From positions 1-44,902 of the forward strand of contig CANQLH010000016.1 in NCBI GenBank assembly GCA_947624655.1: a stretch of 44,902 bases of DNA, written 5' to 3'. Position numbers and translations under genes: made by a program. Source of the DNA: an uncultured Clostridia bacterium (GTDB lineage Bacteria > Bacillota > Clostridia > TANB77 > CAG-508). Shown here one piece after another: positions 33,599-42,416 of the stretch (positions are counted from its first letter, which is position 1; each line of letters begins with the position of its first letter). The notes below the pieces were generated by a model. It saw only the letters and a program-made list of their open reading frames with translations, was not told the origin of the DNA and searched no databases.

Positions 33599-35129
33599 AT
33601 ATGTAGATGTCGCCGCGATTACTCAAGTTATTGGATGTGTATTTAATGACCCGTCTATCCTTGATGAAAATGATAAATATACAATCAGTGAGCAAGATTT
33701 TACAGAGGATTTCCACAAGATAGTATTTGGTAGTATTTATAATATACATTTAACTGGTAGTAAAGTCAGTATTGATGCAATTATAGATTATCTTGCTAAT
33801 CGTCCGAAATTCAATAAGATATTTCAATCAAATAAGGGCGTAGAATATCTTGCTGATGCGTCACAAAATGCAAGACAATTAGAATTTAATTATTACTATG
33901 GTAGATTAAAGAAGTTCTCATTATTAAGAGCTTATAATGATTTAGCAGGAATGGATGTCTCTTTCTTGTATGACCCTATGAATGTCATTGACTTAAAGAA
34001 GAAACAGAATCAGGAAGACTGGTTAGATGCGGCTTCTTTAACGGATATAGCAAGAGAAATAGATAAAAAGATAGAAGAAATTAAAGCAAGCTATGTAGAC
34101 GACGATGATGCTGACGGATATCAAGCTGGTGATGGGATACTTGAACTGATTGATAAATTAAAGTTACATCCTGAAGCTGGTATTCCACTATATGGTCAAT
34201 TAATTAATACAGTAACAAGAGGAGCAAGATTACGCAAGTATTATTTGCGGTCGGCCGCTACAGGAACCGGTAAAACTAGGTCTATGATTGCGGATGCCTG
34301 CAACTTTGCGTGTAGTCGTATCTACCATGAACAGTTTGGATGGATTAAGAATGGTGGGAAAGAACCAACATTATTTATTGCTACAGAACAAGATAAAGAA
34401 GAAGTCCAGACTATGATGTTAGCATTCTTAGCTAATGTTAATGAGGAGCATATTTTAACTGGCCAATATCTTGGAGACGAAGAAAGTAGAGTAAGAGAGG
34501 CAGGTAAGATTATTGCCGAAAGTCCAATTTGGATAGAAGAATTGCCAGACTTCTCACTTCAAGATGTTGAGAATAAGATTAAGAAACATATTAGAGAACA
34601 TGATGTTAAATATGTACTTTTTGACTACTTACAAACATCATTAAAAATTCTCGAAGAGATTAGTCGTCGGTCTGGTGGAATTCGATTGAGAGAAGACAAT
34701 ATCTTGTTTATGCTATCCGCCAGATTAAAAGATATAGCAAATAATTACGGCATTTTTGTGATGACTGCGACTTAGTTAAATGGTGACTATAAAGATAGTG
34801 AAACTCCTGACCAAAATCTACTACGTGGAGCTAAAAGTATAGCGGACCGTGCAGATGTAGGTATGATTTTACTTGAAGTCACAGATGAAGATTTAATAAA
34901 GTTAGAAAAGATTCTTGAAGCTAACTCTAATTTTATTCGTCCTAACCTTAAACTCTCGGTTTATAAAAACAGACGAGGGGCTTATAAGGGCGTATTTTTA
35001 TGGTGTGCGGCGGACCTGAGCACTTGCCGCATCCAACCTCAATTTTGTACCACATGGCATCATGAGTTAGTGGGTATAGAAGATATAAAGATTATAATGG
35101 ATGAAGGCCCAGCAGCATGGGAAAATTAA
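33588..35129 (+). CDS. DnaB-like replicative DNA helicase with one in-frame TAG (34773-34775) inside the conserved SQLNR motif
   Basis: Walker A 'AATGTGKTRSMIA'. At the H4 motif the sequence reads 'IFVMTAT(TAG)LNGDY', and DnaB has 'SQLNR' there, so TAG = Gln. The frame continues into track ORF 34863-35129. Start set at the second ATG (33588), 9 nt after ggagg. Confidence 0.8.
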
Positions 35130-35142
35130 TGGAGGAATTAAA

Positions 35143-35325
35143 ATGGCTAATAATGCAAGACCTATCGAGTATTCTATGACCAAGAAAATGTTTAATAGTA
35201 TTCTTGAAACTAAAAGCGACAGTGACAAGAGTAGTAATCCTTATGAGTATGTTATGAAGGTATTAAATGATAGCTATACTCTAAGAGGCACTGTAACTAA
35301 ACTTCATATTACAACTGATAACTAA
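35143..35325 (+). CDS. hypothetical small protein (60 aa)
   Basis: RBS ggagg before ATG 35143; no motif. Confidence 0.4.
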   Translation: MANNARPIEYSMTKKMFNSILETKSDSDKSSNPYEYVMKVLNDSYTLRGTVTKLHITTDN

Positions 35326-36419
35326 TGTCTCGTTATTATAATAAAGATGCTCTAAAGGAACAATTAGAGATAGAACAAATTTATGATTTAATAGAGTTAT
35401 GGGGTGGTGAGCCCGAATATTCCGAGAAAGGTCTCGTCTCCCAAACTATCTGTCATAATCTTCCAGGCGAGGGTTCCCGCAAACTTTATTATTATGAGAA
35501 TACAAAACTATTCAGATGCTATACTGGATGTTTAGAGCCATCTTTTGATATTTTTGAACTTTGTATTAAAGTAATGAAAAATCAAAAGTCATTACAGTGG
35601 GAACTCTATGATGCAATGGATTACATAGCAAGTTATTTCGGATTTAATGGCGAAGAAGCTGATAACGATAAAACTAACGAGTTAGAAGATTGGGAAATAT
35701 TTAAGCGCCACGATTACCAACTGCCGCAAATTCTTCAAATCCCAATCTTAAAGGAATATAATCCAGTTATTCTTACTCGCTTTGCTTATCCAAGAATAGC
35801 CTCCTGGGAACAGGAAGGTATCACCACAGAAGTGTGCCATCAAAATTTTATAGGCTATTATCCAGGTGGCGAGCAAATTGTCATTCCGCATTTCGATATT
35901 AACAATAGATTGGTAGGCATTAGAGGTCGTTATCTTGCCGACGATTTAGCTGAGAGATATGGTAAGTATAGACCTTTAATGGTTAATCAACAACTCTATA
36001 ATCATCCTTTGAGTATGAATCTTTATAACCTCAATCACAGTAAGGATAATATCTCTAAATATCATACTGCTATTGTTTTTGAAGGAGAGAAGTCATGTCT
36101 CCAATATTAGAGTTATTACGATACAGACATATCAGTTGCTTGTTGCGGAAGTAGTATTTCAAACTATCAAATTAATCTACTCAGAAGTGTAGGAGCCACC
36201 GAGATAGTTATAGCATTTGATAGACAATTCCAAGAGATTGGTGACGAAGAATATGTTCGCCTAAAAACTAAACTTATTCATCTATATAACAAATATAAAA
36301 ACGTATTAAAGGTAACTATTATCTTTGATAAGAATATGATAACACCATATAAGGCAAGTCCAACAGACGAAGGACATGAGATATTTGAAAAATTATTAGG
36401 AGAAAGAATTGTATTATGA
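35325..36419 (+). CDS. DnaG-like DNA primase (CHC2 zinc finger + Toprim) with one in-frame TAG (36108-36110)
   Basis: Zinc finger 'CHNLPGEGSRKLYYYENTKLFRCYTGC'. Toprim 'VFEGEKSCLQY(TAG)SYYDTDISVACCGSS...IVIAFDRQFQEIGDEE' continues across the TAG to TGA 36417-36419. Confidence 0.75.
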
Positions 36420-36679
36420 TTAATTTAATAGAAGCTATGCAAACAGTTGGTAAACTTGAAACAGAAAAGCGAACAGAATTTAATAGAGAGATAGCAAAGT
36501 ATGAAAATGCTTTTGCCTTATTGAAGCAATTAAATGAAGCGTGCTTAGCGTGCAATGGTAAAGGAAAAATATTAAAAACACGCGCTTGCGCGGAAGATGA
36601 TAGACCGGACCCTAATGACCCCTCAGATTGGAGGGTATGCCCCGCGTGTAATGGAACAGGATATGAGAAGAAGGAATGA
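36416..36679 (+). CDS. small zinc-ribbon protein (87 aa)
   Basis: 'CLACNGKG...CPACNGTG' paired CxxC motifs. Confidence 0.5.
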   Translation: MINLIEAMQTVGKLETEKRTEFNREIAKYENAFALLKQLNEACLACNGKGKILKTRACAEDDRPDPNDPSDWRVCPACNGTGYEKKE

Positions 36680-36682
36680 TAA

Positions 36683-37311
36683 ATGCAATATACGTTAATA
36701 AATCCAATTAATGAAGAATATTCACCTATTGAGCAAGTATTGACAAATAGAGGGATGTAGATATAGGAAATAGCTCATTATCTCCATCTTACTGAAGATG
36801 ATGTTCTATCTCCTGAGCTGTTGATGAATGTTAAAGAAGCAGCTAAACTAATAGTAAAACACTTATCAGATGATAAGGGCAAGATATTTATATAGGTAGA
36901 TTCTGATTGTGACGGATATACTTCGTCAGCTTTACTACTAAATTATCTGCATGATATATGGCCCACTTGTATTAATAAAATTAGTTATAATTTTCATAAT
37001 GGCAAAATACATGGTATTAACTTAGATTTAGTACCATCAGATACTACTTTAGTAATAGCACCAGATTCAGCAAGTAATGACTATGAGCAGCATCAAATCT
37101 TATCAGAGCGAGGTGTTGATGTTTTGGTAATAGACCACCACTTGGCTGATAAGATTTCTCCATATGCTTGCATTGTGAACAATCAACTTTGTGATTATCC
37201 TAATAAAACTTTATCTGGTGTTGGTGTTGTCTATAAGGTATGTTAGGAGATTGATAGTCTCTTAGAAGAAGACCACGCTCATAACTTTATTGACCTTGTT
37301 ATGTTAGGCTT
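36683..37311 (+). CDS. RecJ-like DHH-family ssDNA exonuclease, exon 1 (three in-frame TAGs)
   Basis: 'ILTNRGM(TAG)I(TAG)E...', 'IFI(TAG)VDSDCDGYTSSALL' (DHH motif I/II), 'VLVIDHHLADK' (DHH motif III), 'LSGVGVVYKVC(TAG)EIDSLL', 'IDLVMLGL'. The frame then hits multiple TGA/TAA stops. Confidence 0.75.
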
Positions 37312-38374
37312 AGATTGAACTGAGCGAATATCTCTTTTCCGATTTTTGTTAATCGGGGTCATTTTTAATTAAATGGCTAACGAGGAAACCTAAATACTAA
37401 TGAAGACATGATGATATGTTGGAAATAGTACAAGGTAATCTCGTGGGAATCATACAACATATCATTATAAAACTATAAAGGAGTGTTTATAATGATTATA
37501 AAACTAGAAGATTTGAAACCAAGAACCCAGGGTATCTATAAAATTAATTACCCTAATGGAAAGATTTATATCGGCCTTAGTGTTGATATAAAGAGACGTA
37601 TGCAGGAGCATAATAACATTAATAAGGCAAAAAGCCCCTGCGACTTAGCCATTAAGAAGTATGGTAAGGTAACTGAAGTAGAAATATTAGAGTTGATTTA
37701 TGATATTGAATTACTAACTGAGCGTGAAGAATATTGGATAAACTATTACCAATCTTGGGACCCATCTATAGGCTATAATCTAACTATTGGCGGAGATGGA
37801 TCAGGATTAGCCAATGAAGATAGTCCTGTTGCAATTTTCACAAATGATTAGGTATTAGACATCAGAAAGCGTAGATTCCTTGGAGAGCGCAAGAAAGACG
37901 TCTATAAAGATTACAAGAATATTAGTTTTTCCACCTTTGAGCACGTTTGGTTAGGACGTGGCTATCCAGAGATAGGCGCGGAATATATCATACCGGCAAA
38001 TTCTATCAGTAGATAGGAGTATTCTTCTAAAGCAAATGCTGGATTAAAGAACGGCAGAGCAAAGTGCTCTCGTGATGATATTCTTGAGATAAGAAGGCTT
38101 TATGAAGAAGAGCATATGACTTTTACCGATATAGCTAAGCGATTTCCTAATATTTCTAGAAGTACAGTACGTCGTATCGCATTAAGAGAATCTTATGGTA
38201 GTGTTGTATGAAGCCTGTATCGACTATCCCTAAGGTTGAAATGCTGGGGAGTAGGGCTACTATTAACACGTAGCGATGTTTTAGGAAACGACGCATCTGA
38301 AAACCGAAAGAGAGATACCTATATTTTTATAGGTAAAAAATAGTCAACGCCTTATGGAAACATAAGGAATTGTG
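37312..38374 (+). mobile_element. Putative group I intron (1063 nt) carrying a GIY-YIG homing endonuclease ORF, inserted in the RecJ-like gene
   Basis: Non-coding flanks with stops in all frames. The proposed 5' splice site follows U (ggctt|agattgaact) and the 3' splice site follows G (aattgtg|agtcgg). Joining restores the RecJ motif DLVMLGL-VGDMMDI (RecJ: DLVALGTVADVVPL). Confidence 0.55.
37483..38211 (+). CDS. GIY-YIG homing endonuclease (I-TevI-like: N-terminal GIY-YIG, C-terminal HTH DNA-binding region) with two in-frame TAGs
   Basis: 'GIYKINYPNGKIYIGLSVDIKRRMQEH...EREEYWINYY...GYNLTIGG'. C-terminal 'ILEIRRLYEEEHMTFTDIAKRFPNISRSTVRRIAL' HTH. TAGs at 37849 and 38014 in one frame to TGA 38209-38211. 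Confidence 0.7.
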
Positions 38375-39488
38375 AGTCGGAGATATGATGGATATACGAA
38401 ACACGGAAACACGCTATCTTATTCAAGATGGTATGAAGAATGTTAGAAATCCATTTATTAAAGGTATGGTAGAGAAGAATAGCTATTCTCTTAAAGGAGA
38501 AGTAACTCCTATTGGAGTAGCATTTTATATTGTACCTTTTGTCAATGCAATAACAAGAGTCGGAACTTAGGAAGAAAAAGAATTGTTATTTAAGAGTATG
38601 CTGCCTTGGGAAGCAAATACTTTAATTCCTTCTACCAAGCGCGGTTGTAAAGGACAAATGGAGACATTACTCGAACAAGCACTCCGTACTTGTACTAATG
38701 TTAAAAACCGACAAACTAAAACAAGAGATGCAGGAGTTGAAGCTATCTATGAGATTATAGAAAGAGATAGACTTCTTGAAAATAAACTGCTAATAATTAG
38801 ACTTGCGGCCGGCGCTTTAGACCCAGGTGTCACGGGCTTAATAGCCAATGAGTTAATGAGTGAATTTCAACGTCCTGTGGCTATACTTCAAGAGAGAGAA
38901 TACGAAGGAAAGAAGGCATGGATGGGGTCTGCAAGAGGTTATGAGAAGAGTCAGTTAAATAACTTCCGCCAATTCTGCATTGACTCAGGATTTGTATTCC
39001 AGGCCGCTGGACACGCAAACGCTTTTGGCCTTGGAATTTATGACGAAAATATTGACGACTTCATTAGATGGTCTAATGATGAATTGGAAGATATAGATTT
39101 CTCACCATCTTATAAAGTAGACTTTATATATCAGGCGAATACCGCCCGCCCGCAAACTATATTAGATTTAGGCGACCATCACGAATTATGGGGACAAAAT
39201 ATTGATGAACCTCTAATCGCTATTGAGCATATCTTAGTAACCAAAGATATGCTAACCTTGATGTCGCGTGATAAGAACCCAACAATCAAAATTACTCTTC
39301 CTAATGGTATATCTTGTATTAAGTTTAAGGCAAGTGAAGACGAGTATAATAAATTATATAGTGAGACTGGTTGCGTAACTATTAATATAGTTGGCAGACC
39401 AGAAGTAAATAGATATTATGGTTCGGTAACTCCTCAGCTTCTAATAACAGATTATGAGATTGTAAATAAGCAGGCTTATTACTTCTGA
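38375..39488 (+). CDS. RecJ-like exonuclease, exon 2 (one in-frame TAG at 38568-38570)
   Basis: 'IRNTETRYLIQDGMKNV...IGVAFYIVPFVNAITRVGT(TAG)EEKELL' matches RecJ 'ENR.lv..GL...igf.iaPRlNAaGRlg'. Continues through the DHHA1-like region to TGA. Confidence 0.7.
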
Positions 39489-39564
39489 TAGCTGGCCGGA
39501 GCGATGATGGGCGTCACACCGAGACCAAAAGGCGATTAACTAATTTTAGGAGCAAAAGTAAGAA

Positions 39565-40731
39565 ATGGAACTTAATCGTAAACAAGAGGAAGGATTACGT
39601 ATCGCGGTAGAGCGATATAAACTTGGAGAACCTTATACTGTGATAGCTGGCTACGCAGGAACAGGTAAATCAACGCTTATTCAATTCATTGTATCTGCGC
39701 TTAACCTTGACCCAGATAGAGTTGCATATATCGCATATACTGGCAAGGCTGCACAGGTACTTAGAAATAAGGGCTGTCCTAATGCGATGACAGCCCACAG
39801 ATTACTATATAAATCTATTCAAAAGAATGATGGCACATTCATTCATATTCCATTATCAGTAGGCGCATTAAGTGGATATGATATGATAGTAGTAGATGAA
39901 ATTTCAATGCTTCCAAAACCCATGTGGGATTTGCTGTTAGAGCATCATATTTATACTTTAGCCTGCGGCGACCCCGGTCAGTTGCCGCCAATAGGCGAGA
40001 GTACAGACGTCTTAAATAGTCCGCATATATTCCTCGACGAGATTATGCGTCAGGCGGAAGATAGCGAGATTATACGCCTCTCCGCAGACATCCGCGCGGG
40101 CAAGAAACTTTATCCCTATCGTGGAGAGTCTATTAATATCGTATCTGCTGAAGATTTCTCAGAGGGTATGCTATCATGGGCAGACCAGGTCATATGTGGC
40201 AAAAACGCTACTCGTTTTTATCTTAACGACTATATTAGAACAATGACATGGGGAGAGGCTTGTATCAATGGGCCTATTGTTGGTGACAAGATTATATGCC
40301 TCAAGAATAATTGGAACAAAATTACTCAAGCTGGTGACGCTTTAGTAAATGGTACAATAGGAACGCTAACAAGTCTTGATACTCTACCGAACTAGTTCCT
40401 CGGCACCCGCGCAATTATTTCATTTGCACCTGAAGGATATGATGACCATGATTTAATTGATACTGAGTTCCACAATCTCTTGATAGATTGGAAGCTCATC
40501 ACCACACATGAACCTACATTAAATAAGACAAACTTTATGACCTTTCCTAAGTTTTTACGCCCTGAACAATTTGATTATGGGTATTGTATAACTTGTCATA
40601 AATCCCAAGGCAGTGAATATGAGAAGGTTCTTGTTATTGAGGAAATATTGAAATCTACAGAACACGCAAGATGGCTTTACACAGCTGTTACGAGAGCGTC
40701 TGATAAATTAACTTTAGTATTAAAGGATTGA
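39565..40731 (+). CDS. SF1 helicase of the RecD/Dda family with one in-frame TAG (40393-40395)
   Basis: 'YAGTGKSTLI' Walker A. 'IVVDEISMLPK' motif II. 'LACGDPGQLPPIG' motif III. C-terminal 'CITCHKSQGSEYEKVLVIEE...TAVTRASDKLTLV' motifs V/VI. Track ORFs 39565-40395 and 40480-40731 are in the same frame. Confidence 0.75.
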
Positions 40732-40739
40732 TAATATTT

Positions 40740-40973
40740 ATGATAAAGGTAATTAAAGACAAAAGACCTAGATTTAATGTAGTATGTCCTTCTTGCACTT
40801 CAGAATTAGAATATATGAATGAAGATATATAGGTGAAAAAAACTGGACAATCCAGACAACGTTATTCTATTAAATTTTGTGGGGATATTTTTGAGTAGCA
40901 AGTAATTAAATACATAATTTGTCCAGTATGCGGAGAAATAATAATAGTAGATAAGAAGTGGTTATTAGATTAA
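40740..40973 (+). CDS. small zinc-ribbon protein with two in-frame TAGs
   Basis: 'VVCPSCTSE' ... 'ICPVCGE' CxxC pairs. Single frame from ATG 40740 to TAA 40971-40973 through two TAGs. Confidence 0.4.
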
Positions 40974-40985
40974 AGGAGGATTCTT

Positions 40986-41627
40986 ATGGGACAATATAAT
41001 TCAAAAGGATTATACGCTGGTTATAAAAAGAACAATAAAGAGCGAGAAGCGCTTGATTATTATGCAACACCTCCCAAAGAGGTATTAAATATTCTTGAAA
41101 CGATAGCTCCAGACTTCACGGATAAAACTATACTAGAGCCATGTGTTGGTGGCGGTCATATGCTTGATGGTATCAAGCAATATCTAGAGTTAAATCATCA
41201 AACACCTAGTTAGATTTATATTTCCGATGTAAGAAATCGAGCTAATTGGCCAGAGAATGAGTATTCAGCATTTAATGAAGCAGGAGATTTCTTAAAAGAC
41301 GATTATCCCTTTTCAGAAGCCGATTATGTAATTATGAATCCGCCTTTTGCTACGATTGAGCCATTTACTATTAGAGCTCTTGACATCGCAAAAGAAAAAT
41401 TAATTATGTTTGGTAGATTGCAATTTTTAGAAGGACAAAGTAGATATGAAAAGATATTTAAGGACAATCCACCTAATGATATTTATGTCTATGTGGATAG
41501 GGTCCAATGCGGTAAGAATGGAGTGTTTGTTAGTGGCAGTTCAGTGCAAGCATATGCGTGGTATGTATGGGATCGAACTGGAAACAATCAAGAATACTGC
41601 AAATTACATTGGATTAAGAGGAAATGA
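40986..41627 (+). CDS. DNA methyltransferase (amino-MTase with NPPF motif IV; N6-adenine or N4-cytosine) with one in-frame TAG (41214-41216)
   Basis: 'YYATPPKEV', 'EPCVGGGHMLDGI' (AdoMet motif I-like), 'DYVIMNPPFATIE' (motif IV (D/N)PP(F/Y)). Track ORFs 40986-41213 and 41334-41627 are in the same frame. Confidence 0.65.
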
Positions 41628-41630
41628 GAT

Positions 41631-42335
41631 ATGGTCTATTTAGGTAGTAAAACTAAATATGCTAAATATATAGTTCCACTTTTACAGTAGGTCATTGATA
41701 ACAATAATATTACAACCTTTATAGATGGCTGCTGCGGAGGTTGTAATATTATTGACAAGATAAAATGTGAAAATCGTATTGCCATAGATAAAAATGCTTC
41801 ATTAATAGATTTATATAATCATGCTGTTACGCATGGTACAGAGGATTTTCCAGCTTTTATTACGAAAGAAGATTGGGATTATCGTAAAGAGCATCAAGAC
41901 GAAGAACCACTATATTTAACAGCACTAGCTTCAATATTTTGTAGCTATTCTGCTAGAGGATTTAGAGGAGGATATGCTTGTAATGGTTCTCGTAATTTCT
42001 ATCAAGAACGATTAAATAATTTCAACAAGCAACTACCAAATTTACAAGATATTAAATTTATATGTGCTGACATTAATGATTTAGAAGTCGAAGGCGCCGT
42101 TATCTATATCGACCCACCATATAAGGGCACAAAGACCTATGATGTAAAAGATTTTAACTATGAAACTTTTTGGAATACCGTGCGAAGATTAAGTCAAAAT
42201 AATTTAGTATTTGTATCTGAACAACAAGCCCCAGAAGACTTCTTACCAATTTGGTCATTACCAGTCAAACGTAATTGCTTTGGCACTGGTCGAACCGAAG
42301 CAATAGAGAATCTATTTGTTTATAAGTTTATTTAA
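41631..42335 (+). CDS. Dam-like N6-adenine DNA methyltransferase (DPPY motif) with one in-frame TAG (41688-41690)
   Basis: 'VYLGSKTKYAKYIVPLLQ(TAG)VID...' Dam-family N-terminus. 'FIDGCCGGCNI' AdoMet loop. 'AVIYIDPPYKGT' motif IV. Single frame to TAA 42333-42335. Confidence 0.65.
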
Positions 42336-42375
42336 ACTTATTCAATAAAAAGATTTGCGATAATTAAATAGTTAT

Positions 42376-42397
42376 GGTATAATATAAGTATAAAGAA
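42376..42397 (+). promoter_or_regulatory. Extended -10 promoter (tggTATAATataagtataaag), copy 11
   Basis: TGgTATAAT at 42376-42384 plus leader. RBS gcggagg before ATG 42417. Confidence 0.6.
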
Positions 42398-42416
42398 TAA
42401 AGCGGAGGAACGATAA

